Shown here piece after piece: positions 1 to 9,414 of a stretch of DNA of 64,000 bases. Position 1 is the first letter of the stretch. Each line of letters begins with the position of its first letter. The notes under the pieces were generated by a model that saw only the letters and a list, made by a program, of their open reading frames with translations, searched no databases and was not told where the DNA came from. Source of the DNA: Nitrososphaerota archaeon (GTDB lineage Archaea > Thermoproteota > Nitrososphaeria_A > Caldarchaeales > Calditenuaceae); assembly GCA_033581555.1 (NCBI GenBank), contig JAVQSZ010000001.1, positions 64,001 to 128,000 on the forward strand. The letters are read 5' to 3'. The translations under genes were made by a program, and so were the position numbers.

Positions 1-1473
1 GAGCCTGTACATCTCCTCCCAGTCGGTGACTCCCACGATCGCCGCGCCGGCCCTCCAGACCTCCGGGTGCTTGACCATTGCGAGGAAGGCCATGAAGCCG
101 CCATAGCTCGCGCCGACGATCGCGACCCTGTCGTCGTCGAGGAGGCCCTCCCTGCGGAGGAACTCGACGCCGCGGAGAACGTCCATCAGGTCTCTGCCGC
201 CAGGGTCGCCGACGTTCATCCGCTCGAACTCCGCACCGTACCCTGTGCTGCCCCTGAAGTTAGGGCAGAGGACGTGGAAGCCCGCGACCGAGATCGCCTG
301 GATCGCAGCGTTCCACTCGTCCGCGACCTCCGACCAGGGACCACCGTGCACCCAGACGACGCAGGCCCTCCTGTCCCTGAGGCCGCTATGGAGCACGAGG
401 AAGGCGGGCACCTCGAGGCCGTCGAAGGACCTGTAGGTCACGAACTCCGCCCTACTAAGCTCCAACCCTTCGGGCGCCTTGACGGAGTAGACCTCGGAGA
501 CGGAGCGCGACTTCACGTCGAGCCTGAAGAGGGCTGGAGGCCTCGAGAGCGAGGACCAGGTAAAAGCCCCGACCGAGCCCGAGCCGTCGAACGAGACGCC
601 GCTCAAAGTGCCTTCCGTTGCGGGAAGCTCTTCGACCGAGCCGTCGCGCCTCCTCACGCAGAGCCTCGTCCTGCCCCTCCTCTTCGCAGCGAACCAGACG
701 TCGCCACCTTCGCCGAGCCATCCGAAGTCGGTGAAGTCGACGCCGTAACCTGAGAGCCCGAGGAGCTGTGTGGACTCCGACTCGAGGTCATGGACTGCGA
801 TGTCGTACTCGCCGGCTGAGTTGGTCTTGAAGAGGACCTTCGGATCGCTGGGATGCCACCGGGGCTCGACGTTCTCGCTGCCGGGCTTAGGCGTGAAGAC
901 CTCGGCACTGCCATCGTCGACGTGGACGAACACGAGCTCCGAGGACCTCGGCACCTCCGTGGTGACCGCGGAGGCCGCGATGACGTCTCCCCTCTCGTGC
1001 CAAGCTGGGGAGAAGACCCAGCCCCTCGACTCGAAGAGGACCTCGGAACTGCGCGACCGTAAGTCGTGGACAATCAGGACGTTGGACCTGCTGGTGCTCC
1101 CGGTCACCGCCAGCTCGTCCATCTTCGGCGACCACGCGAGGCCCGAGACCCTCAGCTCCTCGAACTCGGAGACTTGAACCACCTCGGGTTCCCCTTCGAG
1201 CGAGGTCAAGAAGAGCTGGTGCCGCTCGGCGCCGCCGAAGTCCCTCGCGAAGGCCACCGACCTCGAGTCCGGGGCGATCGCTGCGTGGGTGACCCTCTGG
1301 TCGCCGTGCGTCACCTGCCTCGCGCCGCCGTCCCTCACCCCGAAGGCCCAGAGCTGATGAGAACCGCTGAGGTTCGAGAGGGCCAGGGCGCGTTCATCGT
1401 CCCGCGAGAGGTCGAGGAGGACGAGGTCCGGCGTCCTCAGCACACTCTCGATCCGCTCGAGAGCCGATCCCAC
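1..1473 (-). CDS. S9 family serine peptidase (acylaminoacyl/prolyl oligopeptidase), 3' end truncated by window edge
   Basis: Not in the ORF track because it runs off the edge. Manual minus-strand translation from GTG 1473 (MGSALERIESVLRTPDLVLL...) is in frame with VAIVGASYGGFMAFLAMVKHPEVWRAGAAIVGVTDWEEMY near 1-130, the GxSYGG nucleophile motif. Confidence 0.9.
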   Translation of the reverse strand, partial: MGSALERIESVLRTPDLVLLDLSRDDERALALSNLSGSHQLWAFGVRDGGARQVTHGDQRVTHAAIAPDSRSVAFARDFGGAERHQLFLTSLEGEPEVVQVSEFEELRVSGLAWSPKMDELAVTGSTSRSNVLIVHDLRSRSSEVLFESRGWVFSPAWHERGDVIAASAVTTEVPRSSELVFVHVDDGSAEVFTPKPGSENVEPRWHPSDPKVLFKTNSAGEYDIAVHDLESESTQLLGLSGYGVDFTDFGWLGEGGDVWFAAKRRGRTRLCVRRRDGSVEELPATEGTLSGVSFDGSGSVGAFTWSSLSRPPALFRLDVKSRSVSEVYSVKAPEGLELSRAEFVTYRSFDGLEVPAFLVLHSGLRDRRACVVWVHGGPWSEVADEWNAAIQAISVAGFHVLCPNFRGSTGYGAEFERMNVGDPGGRDLMDVLRGVEFLRREGLLDDDRVAIVGASYGGFMAFLAMVKHPEVWRAGAAIVGVTDWEEMYRL

Positions 1474-1587
1474 GCCGCCGATCCGACCGCCACCGCTTTA
1501 TCCCTTGCTAAGGGTTCGGCCCGCTGCTCGGCTTTCCGGGATTAAGGCTAATAGGACGGCTCGGAACTCGCCCGGTGAGACGGTGAA

Positions 1588-1672
1588 GCGGGGGTAGCCA
1601 AGCCTGGTCAAAGGCGCAGGGTTGAGGGCCCTGTCCCGTAGGGGTTCGTGGGTTCGAATCCCACCCCCCGCA
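1588..1672 (+). tRNA. tRNA-Leu(GAG)
   Basis: GCGGGGG/CCCCCGC acceptor stem, anticodon arm CAGGG-TTGAGGG-CCCTG, long variable arm, GGTTCGAATCC T-arm. Confidence 0.97.
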
Positions 1673-1691
1673 CCGTGTCACGAGCCGCGCC

Positions 1692-2894
1692 CTATCTGAA
1701 GGCCTCGAAGGACTGGAGGACCGCGCCAGTGTGGACCGACTCGATCTGCAAGTAGCAGGTCTCGCTGTAGGTGACGAGCGGCTGCCGGATCCCCGCCGTC
1801 AGTCTGCGGCAGAGCTCGACCGAGTCGGCCCTGTTCCTCGCGAACATCCCCCAGACGCCTCCCATCCCGCAGCACTCGCCCCTCACCTCCCGCACCGACG
1901 CTCCCGTAACCCTCAGGGTCCTTGCTATCTTCTCGGTGAGCCCCAAGAACTGCGAGAGGCAGCTCGAGTGGAGGACAACCTCCTCGGCCCTGGGCGCGAG
2001 GGACCCGGGCCTCGACTCCGCGAGCTCGAGGAGCAACTCGTTGACGTCGACGACGTTCTCCGCCACAAGCTCCGCCTCTCGGGTCCCGAGGACCTTCGGG
2101 TAGACCGATCTGAGCATCATCGTCGACGCGGGTGAGCAGGTGAGCACCCTCTCACCATCCCTGACCCTTTCGGCCAGGCTTAGCGCGTTGACCGCCGCGA
2201 CCTCCTTGAGCTCTTCGAGGAAGCCGTGCTCGTACAGCAGGACGCCAGAGTCCCTCTGGGGAGGCAGCGAGACCGAGACCCCTTTGCGCGATAACAGCTC
2301 GACGACCCTGAGGGCCGAAGAGGGCCTCACGTACCGGTAGAAGGTGTCCGCGAAGAGTGCCAACCTCACGGCACCCCGATCGCGGGGGAGCCCGCGCAGA
2401 AGGTCGTCGAGGCTTCCGCCCTCCGGGAGGGGAAGGGGCGCGTCCCGCGACGTCCCGATCGCCCACTCGAGGAGGACCCTGCTCGGCCTCTTCGTGAGGG
2501 CTCTGAGCAGTGAGCGCGGCAGTCTCGAGAGGAGCGGCGCGTACCTGTGGTAACCGAGGACGAGGGCCTCCTCGCGGCGGACGCCGACCGCCCTGTGGTA
2601 CGCGTGCCTGTACCCCCTGACGACGTCAGGGATGGGAATGCCGGCTGGACAGACCTTCACGCACCTGTTGCACCCGAAGCAGAGGTCCATGAGCTCCGCG
2701 AGCTCCTCGTCGAAGACGTCGTCAAGGTGACCTTCGAGGGCCGACTGGACCAGCACGATCCTTCCACGTGAGGTCCTCGAGGGCCTGTAGGCGGACCTGA
2801 CAAGACTCGTCGGGCAGACCGAGTTGCAGAACCCGCACCTGACGCACCTCTCCGCGAGGAGGGCGTCGCCGCCCAGCAGCTCCCTGAGGCTCAA
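1692..2894 (-). CDS. Fe-S oxidoreductase, GlcF/GlpC-like
   Basis: Two CxxCxxCxxxCP ferredoxin motifs plus a CCG motif (ECCGMGG). Confidence 0.85.
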   Translation of the reverse strand: MSLRELLGGDALLAERCVRCGFCNSVCPTSLVRSAYRPSRTSRGRIVLVQSALEGHLDDVFDEELAELMDLCFGCNRCVKVCPAGIPIPDVVRGYRHAYHRAVGVRREEALVLGYHRYAPLLSRLPRSLLRALTKRPSRVLLEWAIGTSRDAPLPLPEGGSLDDLLRGLPRDRGAVRLALFADTFYRYVRPSSALRVVELLSRKGVSVSLPPQRDSGVLLYEHGFLEELKEVAAVNALSLAERVRDGERVLTCSPASTMMLRSVYPKVLGTREAELVAENVVDVNELLLELAESRPGSLAPRAEEVVLHSSCLSQFLGLTEKIARTLRVTGASVREVRGECCGMGGVWGMFARNRADSVELCRRLTAGIRQPLVTYSETCYLQIESVHTGAVLQSFEAFR

Positions 2895-2992
2895 GCGCGC
2901 TGAGACCTCGGTCCCTCGGGATATTCATTCCTCCCCCCCCCCCCGCGGGCGGCGTGAAGGCTTTATCGGATGCCCCTCGTGGTCACGAGCGG

Positions 2993-3637
2993 TTGAGGGC
3001 CTATCAGGTCCGCGTGACGGGCAGGGTGCAGAGGGTCGGGTACAGGAGGCACGTCCTCGAGGCGGCCCAGGAGCTGGGCCTCGCGGGCTTCGTCAGGAAC
3101 GAGGAGGACGGCTCGGTCTCGGTCTTCGTCCAGGGCGAGGAGAAGTCGGTCGAGGAGTTCCTCGAGAGGATCAGGTCTCCCCCGCCGCCGGCCTTAGTCA
3201 GGGACCTCTCGGTGAAGGAGAGGAGGCCGAGGAAGGGGCTGAAGTCCTTCAGAGTGATCTACGGTAGGCTCGCCGACGAGCTGCAGGAGGGCTTCGGCGC
3301 GATGCAGTCGGTCTTCATGAATTACTGGGGAGAGTTCCGGGACTTCAGGCAGGAGTTTCGTGACTTCAGACAGGAGTTTCAGGACTTCAGACAAGAGTTC
3401 CGGGAATTTAGACAGGAGTTTCGTGACTTCAGACAGGAGTTTCAGGACTTCAGACAAGAGTTCCGGGAATTTAGACAGGAGTTTCGTGACTTCAGGGACG
3501 CCTCTCTGAGGCTGAGCGAGCAGACGCTCGAGGAGGTGAGGGCGATGAGGCAGGACCTGAAGGCGATCCTGGACGAGCGGCTCGCCCGCATCGAGAAGGA
3601 CATAGCGGAGATCAAGGCCCGGCTGGGGCTTGCCTGA
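2993..3637 (+). CDS. Acylphosphatase domain fused to a heptad-repeat coiled coil
   Basis: VTGRVQRVGYR and GFVRNEEDGSV acylphosphatase motifs. TTG 2993 preferred as start because a TTTAT box lies ~30 nt upstream; the ORF track starts at 2954. Confidence 0.85.
   Translation: MRAYQVRVTGRVQRVGYRRHVLEAAQELGLAGFVRNEEDGSVSVFVQGEEKSVEEFLERIRSPPPPALVRDLSVKERRPRKGLKSFRVIYGRLADELQEGFGAMQSVFMNYWGEFRDFRQEFRDFRQEFQDFRQEFREFRQEFRDFRQEFQDFRQEFREFRQEFRDFRDASLRLSEQTLEEVRAMRQDLKAILDERLARIEKDIAEIKARLGLA
3332..3499 (+). repeat. 8 x 21-bp in-frame tandem repeat (EF[RQ][DE]FRQ) with an exact 63-bp higher-order duplication
   Basis: Units such as gagtttcgtgacttcagacag read directly from the sequence; units 2-4 are identical to units 5-7. 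Confidence 0.95.
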
Positions 3638-3676
3638 TCGAGATTCTTCCGAGGTAGTCTGTCAGGCGGGGTCGGG

Positions 3677-4222
3677 TTGTGGGTCGGCCCCGACAGCGGT
3701 TTCCAGTTCAGCGTCGAGGCGCGTCGACGGCGCTCAGTTAAATCCGGGGCCGGTACCCGGGAGCTGATGGCTGAGGCCTTCAGGAGAACCTCGCTGCCCG
3801 AGCGGGTCCTCTGCGGCAGGTACGTCGCGTCGAGCTTCTGGGAAGCGGTCAACCATCTCGGGGAGGTCAGGATGGTACTCCACTCCCACGCGATCGAGCC
3901 CGCCAGCGGTCCAGTCCTGGTGCTGCTGGGCAGGGAGAACAACAGTTCGTCACTAAAGGGCTACGTGGGATACCTGCTCGACATGGAGCGCGCCGTGCCC
4001 CTCCTGAGGGTCAGGTTACCGGCTGGGGAGCATGCGGAGCTCCGGGTTAAGGGGAGGCTCGAGGACCAGCTGGCCTCCGTCGCAAGGAGTTGTCCATGGG
4101 ACTTCGTGAGAGTGGAGCTCGAGTTCCTCGCGAACCCACTGGACGTCCCCGAGGAGAGGCTCGAGTCAATCGCTAGGGTCCCGCTTGAGGAGGGTGTTCA
4201 GGGCCTCGGCAAGGCTCGGTGA
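3677..4222 (+). CDS. Hypothetical protein (start uncertain, possibly ATG 3767)
   Basis: ORF with host-like codon usage filling the gap between genes; no motif recognised. Confidence 0.55.
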   Translation: MWVGPDSGFQFSVEARRRRSVKSGAGTRELMAEAFRRTSLPERVLCGRYVASSFWEAVNHLGEVRMVLHSHAIEPASGPVLVLLGRENNSSSLKGYVGYLLDMERAVPLLRVRLPAGEHAELRVKGRLEDQLASVARSCPWDFVRVELEFLANPLDVPEERLESIARVPLEEGVQGLGKAR

Positions 4223-4954
4223 GAACTCGACGCCCTTGCCGGCTAGACTGGGGTCCGGCCGACCGCCCACCAACACGCACTTCACTCCTGCCCTGACTGC
4301 CATCTCCGCGTCGGTCTCCGGGTTGTCGCCGATCACCACCACCTCCTCTCTCCCCAACCCCATCCTCCTCATCGCAAACTCGAGCATCTCGACGTTCGGC
4401 TTCCCCACCACGACGGGACTCCTGTTCGTCGCCGCCTCGATGAAGGCCACGATCGACCCGGCGCCGGGGATGCCACCGTCCTCGAGCGGGAGGTACCTGT
4501 CCCTGTTAGTCGCGACGAACTCGGCTCCTCTCAGGACCGCTCTGCAGGCCTCGGCGAGCTTGGAGTAGGTGACGTTCCTGTCGAGCCCTACCACGACGAC
4601 CTCCGACTCCGCAGCTCCAACCACCGAGTGTCCCGACCTGACCAGCTCCTCGATCAGCCCCGCTTCGCCGATCACATAGGCCCTGACCTCGCCGTGGTTC
4701 TCGAGCAGGTACTTCGCGGTCGCGTAGCTCGAGGTGATAATCTCTTCGAGCCTGCAGTCGAGGCCCAGGGACCGGAGCTTCCAAAGGACGTACCTGACGC
4801 TGTAGGTGGAGTTGTTCGTGAGGAAGGTCAGCCTCAGACCCGCGTCCCTGCAGGCGGCTATCGACTCCACCGCGCGCTCTACCAGCCTCGAGCCCAAGAT
4901 GACCGTCCCGTCCAGGTCCAAGACCAGACCCTTGACCGACATCCGGACCTTCAA
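4166..4954 (-). CDS. HAD-IIA family hydrolase (NagD-like)
   Basis: DLDGTV, LTNNS, GKPN and IGDNPETD motifs. Confidence 0.92.
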   Translation of the reverse strand: MKVRMSVKGLVLDLDGTVILGSRLVERAVESIAACRDAGLRLTFLTNNSTYSVRYVLWKLRSLGLDCRLEEIITSSYATAKYLLENHGEVRAYVIGEAGLIEELVRSGHSVVGAAESEVVVVGLDRNVTYSKLAEACRAVLRGAEFVATNRDRYLPLEDGGIPGAGSIVAFIEAATNRSPVVVGKPNVEMLEFAMRRMGLGREEVVVIGDNPETDAEMAVRAGVKCVLVGGRPDPSLAGKGVEFSPSLAEALNTLLKRDPSD

Positions 4955-5072
4955 CGCGCCGGGCGCTGTCTTTACCTTTCGCTGTCCGCGAAAACGATGC
5001 GACTCCGTCTAAAAGGCGACGCTTCTGGCCACAATATATTTCAGATGGGGAGCAACTGTTATAACCCGAACC

Positions 5073-7733
5073 ATGCAAAAGCGGTACGTTTACCTCTTCG
5101 AGGAGGCGAAGGGCCTCACGAGGTTCGAGTTAGGGGGAAAGGGGTACGGTCTAGTTGAGATGAGCGCCGCCGGGCTGCCGGTCCCTCCTGGACTCGTTAT
5201 AACGACGGAGGCCTGCAAGGAATACTACAGGAACGGAGGCAGAACGCCCGAGGGGCTGATGGAGCAGGTCGCGGAGAAGCTCAAGCAGCTCGAGGCGAAG
5301 ACCGGGAAAAGGCTCGGTGACCCGGAGAGGCCGCTACTGGTCTCCGTCAGGTCCGGCGCGCCATACTCGATGCCGGGGATGATGGACACGATACTAAATG
5401 TCGGGATGAACGACGAGGTGGTGAAGGCGCTCGCGAGGGCGACAGGGAACGAGAGGTTCGCCTACGACGCGTACCGAAGGCTCCTCCAGATGTTCGGGAG
5501 GATAGTCCTGGGGATCCCGGGCGAGATGTTCGAGTCGGTGCTCAGGCGGCACAAGGAAAGGGAGGGAGTCAAGCACGACCACGAGCTCTCGGTCGGCGCG
5601 CTGAAGTCGATCGTCGAGGAGTTCAAGGCGATCATCGAGGAGCACTCTGGGAAGGAGTTCCCTCAGGACCCACGGGAGCAGATCAGGATGGCTATCGAGG
5701 CGGTTTTCAGGTCCTGGAACAACCCGAGGGCAGTAGAGTACCGTAGATACTACAGGATCAGCGACGAGCTGGGGACCGCGGTCAACATCCAGACGATGGT
5801 CTTCGGGAACATGGGCTTCGACTCAGGTACCGGCGTGGGGTTCACCAGGGACCCGTCGACGGGCGAGAAGAGGCTCTACGGCGAGTACCTGCCCAACGCG
5901 CAGGGCGAGGACGTGGTCGCCGGGATAAGGACGCCCTTACCGATCGAGAGCGTGGACCCGGAGCTGAGGAAAAAGCTGATGGAGGTCGCGGATCTCCTCG
6001 AGAGGCACTTCAGGGACATGCAGGACTTCGAGTTCACCGTCGAGTCGGGGAAGCTATACCTCCTCCAGACGAGGAACGGCAAGAGGACCGCCCAGGCCGC
6101 GGTCAAGATAGCGGTCGACATGGTCAGGGAGGGCCTGATAACGGTCGAGGAGGCGCTGGTGAGGGTCGAGCCCTCCGAGCTCGTCCACTTGCTCCACAGG
6201 AGGCTTGACCCGCGGGCCAAGGTCCAGCCGATCGCCAGGGGGCTCAACGCATCGCCCGGCGTCGCGACAGGCAAGGTCGTCTTCACCGTCGAGGAGGCGG
6301 TCAGGCTGTCCTCTCGAGGCGAGAGGGTGATACTCGTGAGGCCGGAGACCACACCCGACGACATCAAGGGGATCATCGCGGCCCAGGGGGTGCTGACCAG
6401 CAGGGGAGGGATGACGAGCCACGCCGCGGTCGTAACGAGGGGCATGGGAAAGCCCGCAGTGGTGGGCTGCGAGAGCATCAGGATCGACCTGGAGGCGGAG
6501 CAGTTCGTGACCGAGGGCGGGGTCGTGGTGAGGAAGGGCGACGTCATCACGATCGACGGGTCGACGGGGAACGTGATGCTGGGGGAGGTCCCGACCGTTG
6601 AGCCGGAGATGACCGAGGAGCTGAGGACGCTGCTCGGCTGGGCCGACGAGGTGAGGAGGCTCGGCGTAAGGGCCAACGCGGACACGCCCGAGGCCGCGAG
6701 AAGGGCGAGGGAGTTCGGGGCCGAGGGGATCGGCCTCTGCAGGACCGAGAGGATGTTCAACGCGCCCGAGAGGCTCCCGATCGTGAGGGAGATGATAATG
6801 GCGACGACCGAAGAGGAGAGGAAGAGGGCCCTCGAGAAGCTCTTCCCGCTCCAGTTGGCCGACTTCAAGGAGATCTTCAGGGTGATGAGGGGTCTGCCGG
6901 TGACGGTGAGGCTGCTCGACCTCCCGCTCCACGAGTTCCTCCCGCCCATGGAGTCCCTCCTCACCGAGATCTACGAGGCCAGGCTGAGGGGCGTCCCGGA
7001 GGAGCAGCTCGCGGAGAGGAAGTCGGTCCTCGCGAAGGTGGAGCAGCTCAGGGAGCACAACCCGATGATCGGGCAAAGGGGATGCAGGCTCGCGGTCACG
7101 TACCCGGAGATCTACAGGATGCAGGTCAGGGCGATACTCAGGGCCGCGATAGAGGTCTTGAGGGAGGAGGGCGAGACGGCGGAGGTCCAGATCATGGTGC
7201 CTCAGACGTCGATGGCCTCCGAGCTCGCTTACCTGAGGAGGCTCGTCGAGGAGACCGCCGAGGGGGTCTTCGCGGAGATGGGGACCAGGATACCGTTCAA
7301 GTTCGGGACGATGATCGAGACGCCGAGGGCGGCGCTCACGGCGGCGGAGGTCGCGAAGCACGCCGACTTCTTCTCCTTCGGGACCAACGACCTGACCCAG
7401 ACGACCTTCGCGTTCAGCAGGGACGACGCGGAGGCCAAGTTCCTCGCGCCGTACCTCGAGAAGGGACTGCTGAAGGAGAACCCGTTCGAGGTCTTGGACC
7501 AAGAGGGCGTGGGGAGGCTTGTCAGGATCGCGACCGAGGAGGGGAGGGCTTCAAACCCGAGGCTGGAGGTCGGGATCTGCGGCGAGCACGGCGGCGAGCC
7601 GAAGAGCATCGAGTTCTTTCACTCGGCGGGCCTGAACTACGTCAGCTGCTCTCCGTTCAGGATACCGATAGCGAGGCTCGCGGCCGCGAGGGCAGCGCTC
7701 AAGGGCAAGGTGGCCCAGGCGATAACTGTCTAG
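5073..7733 (+). CDS. ppdK: Pyruvate, phosphate dikinase
   Basis: LGGKG, LLVSVRSGA, SMPGMMDT, GGMTSHAAVV phospho-His, SFGTNDLTQ, GICGEHGG; 886 aa. Confidence 0.98.
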   Translation: MQKRYVYLFEEAKGLTRFELGGKGYGLVEMSAAGLPVPPGLVITTEACKEYYRNGGRTPEGLMEQVAEKLKQLEAKTGKRLGDPERPLLVSVRSGAPYSMPGMMDTILNVGMNDEVVKALARATGNERFAYDAYRRLLQMFGRIVLGIPGEMFESVLRRHKEREGVKHDHELSVGALKSIVEEFKAIIEEHSGKEFPQDPREQIRMAIEAVFRSWNNPRAVEYRRYYRISDELGTAVNIQTMVFGNMGFDSGTGVGFTRDPSTGEKRLYGEYLPNAQGEDVVAGIRTPLPIESVDPELRKKLMEVADLLERHFRDMQDFEFTVESGKLYLLQTRNGKRTAQAAVKIAVDMVREGLITVEEALVRVEPSELVHLLHRRLDPRAKVQPIARGLNASPGVATGKVVFTVEEAVRLSSRGERVILVRPETTPDDIKGIIAAQGVLTSRGGMTSHAAVVTRGMGKPAVVGCESIRIDLEAEQFVTEGGVVVRKGDVITIDGSTGNVMLGEVPTVEPEMTEELRTLLGWADEVRRLGVRANADTPEAARRAREFGAEGIGLCRTERMFNAPERLPIVREMIMATTEEERKRALEKLFPLQLADFKEIFRVMRGLPVTVRLLDLPLHEFLPPMESLLTEIYEARLRGVPEEQLAERKSVLAKVEQLREHNPMIGQRGCRLAVTYPEIYRMQVRAILRAAIEVLREEGETAEVQIMVPQTSMASELAYLRRLVEETAEGVFAEMGTRIPFKFGTMIETPRAALTAAEVAKHADFFSFGTNDLTQTTFAFSRDDAEAKFLAPYLEKGLLKENPFEVLDQEGVGRLVRIATEEGRASNPRLEVGICGEHGGEPKSIEFFHSAGLNYVSCSPFRIPIARLAAARAALKGKVAQAITV

Positions 7734-8050
7734 CCGCAGCCGGCCTCGATGCTCAGCAGTATCGCGTACCCTCTGTAGGAGAACCTCACCGGAAGGCCTC
7801 CGACGAGCCCGACCTCAGAGAGAGCGGAGCCGAGCGCGTCCAAGTCGACCTCGATCACGACCGGGTCCGGGAGGACCGAGGGCACCTCGCCGCCGAACCT
7901 CTCGACCAGTGACCTCCTCGACTCGAACCTCTCGACCGCCAACCTCACCGCCTCGGCGAGCCCGAGCCTGGAGAGCGCCTCCTCCCCGAGCTCGGGAAGC
8001 GGGCCGTCGCTGAACGTGGCCGCGACCTTCACCCTGACTGTCCGCGACAA
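7730..8050 (-). CDS. Hypothetical protein
   Basis: 106-aa ORF with host-like codon usage directly downstream of the 8059-9114 gene. Confidence 0.6.
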   Translation of the reverse strand: MSRTVRVKVAATFSDGPLPELGEEALSRLGLAEAVRLAVERFESRRSLVERFGGEVPSVLPDPVVIEVDLDALGSALSEVGLVGGLPVRFSYRGYAILLSIEAGCG

Positions 8051-8058
8051 GGGCCCCG

Positions 8059-9114
8059 CTACTGAGATCGAAGTTCCTGTATGTTAACGTCCTCGCGGCC
8101 AGATGACGACTTAGTCCGCTGAGCCGGCCCAACACCCGACCTGAGCGACCTGAGGCCCCTGCCGATACAACCGAACTTCGTGCTCATGTACGAGGAGAAG
8201 GCTGCGTTGCCGATCGAGGCCGCGAGCAGGAGCAGTCCCACCGCGTCGCTCGGGTCCCTGAGAAGGAGGACCGCCGGCACCGCGAAGGGGAAGACCATGG
8301 ACGCGAGGGCCCCTGCGAAGTACATCGCCGCGAAGCCCCGGTCGCTCGCCGTGCTCCTCTTCCTGTCGATCTTGATGCCCAGGGCCAGCACGAAGGGCTT
8401 GAGCTTGGAGGGGAAGAACGGGGCCTTGACCATCGCGGAGATCCCGAGGAAGTAATGGCTGAACTTCACGCCCACCAGCTCCCCGACGGCCCAGTGCATG
8501 AAGTCGTGGGTGAAGAACCAGAGCAGGAACCAGGCCGCGAACTTCCCGACGGGGTAGAGGGGCCAGGGCAGGTCGATAAACGCCAGGACTAACGCCAGCG
8601 AGATCATGAGGGCGCTGAGCGCGTTCCCGAGGCCCAACGGTATCCTGAAGGGGTCCCTAAAGGCCGGCTTGACGTCGACGCCAAAGAAGCTCCTGATCGC
8701 GTCGACCCTGTAGTCGAGGGCCCTCCTGAGGACCAGCTCCGCGACCGGTTTGAGAGGCGTGCCCCTGACCTCGAACTCCTCGCGAACCTTAGTGGAGCCG
8801 CTCGCGGGCTCAAAGCGCTGACTGTGCCAGAGCTTCCCGATGGGGAACTCGTGGGTCTCGTGGATCGACCCGAGGTCGTTGAGCTGGACGATCCTGAAGG
8901 CCGCGGGGAACTCCTGGTTGAACAGCCGGACCGTCACCCTGTACTCCGCGCCCTCCCTCAGGGGCGTGGGGTCGCTCAGGAGCCTGATCCTGAACTGGCT
9001 CGGCCAGACCCTCTCGAGGTTGCGCGGGTCGTAGAAGAACCTCCGGACCTCATCGACCGGTGCCGGAAGTACATACTCGTACTTGATGGTCAAGTCCGGG
9101 TGATTATAGAACAT
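8059..9114 (-). CDS. SRPBCC (START-like) domain fused to a multi-TM domain with degenerate M50-like motifs
   Basis: LPAPVDEVRRFFYDPRNLERVWP SRPBCC start; C-terminal half hydrophobic with THDFMH and YFAGALAS. Confidence 0.7.
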   Translation of the reverse strand: MFYNHPDLTIKYEYVLPAPVDEVRRFFYDPRNLERVWPSQFRIRLLSDPTPLREGAEYRVTVRLFNQEFPAAFRIVQLNDLGSIHETHEFPIGKLWHSQRFEPASGSTKVREEFEVRGTPLKPVAELVLRRALDYRVDAIRSFFGVDVKPAFRDPFRIPLGLGNALSALMISLALVLAFIDLPWPLYPVGKFAAWFLLWFFTHDFMHWAVGELVGVKFSHYFLGISAMVKAPFFPSKLKPFVLALGIKIDRKRSTASDRGFAAMYFAGALASMVFPFAVPAVLLLRDPSDAVGLLLLAASIGNAAFSSYMSTKFGCIGRGLRSLRSGVGPAQRTKSSSGREDVNIQELRSQ

Positions 9115-9258
9115 CGAGGATAAGAGCGTCTCAGCTCGACGCCGCTCTGAGAGGAGGGGCCGCCGTCGGACCGGGGGCACGCCACCGGCATGACTTTGAC
9201 CACGACTGGGTGCTGGACGGCCATCAGGTTTATGGGTCCGCGATCGGGGAGGAGCCGG

Positions 9259-9414
9259 ATGAACGGCGACCTAGGTGAGCTCGGGCGGAGGCTCTCGCAG
9301 CTCGAGGCGGAGCTCAAGGAGCTGAGGAGGACGGTGGAGAGGCTCGCGGACGAGGTCAGGGAGATCAGGCTGGAGCTCGAGGACCTCTCCGCCAGGCTTG
9401 AGGGAAGGGCTTGA
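9259..9414 (+). CDS. Small coiled-coil protein
   Basis: MNGDLGELGRRLSQLEAELKELRR... heptads; GGAGG upstream; stop overlaps the start of the next gene. Confidence 0.65.
   Translation: MNGDLGELGRRLSQLEAELKELRRTVERLADEVREIRLELEDLSARLEGRA

Noticed and set aside
67-1545. Several plus-strand ORFs (67-753, 1066-1545 and others)
   Set aside because: Antisense shadows of the minus-strand S9 peptidase, which has a clear catalytic motif
3332-3499. Possible CRISPR array
   Set aside because: Contiguous 21-bp in-frame coding repeats with no unique spacers and no cas genes
5876-7502. Long antisense ORFs (362 and 482 aa) over ppdK
   Set aside because: Expected from high GC3 codon bias; no motifs
8055-8125. 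CTGA and ATGACGA boxes suggesting a C/D box sRNA
   Set aside because: No clear upstream C box, spacing atypical, and it lies antisense to a CDS tail; cannot support
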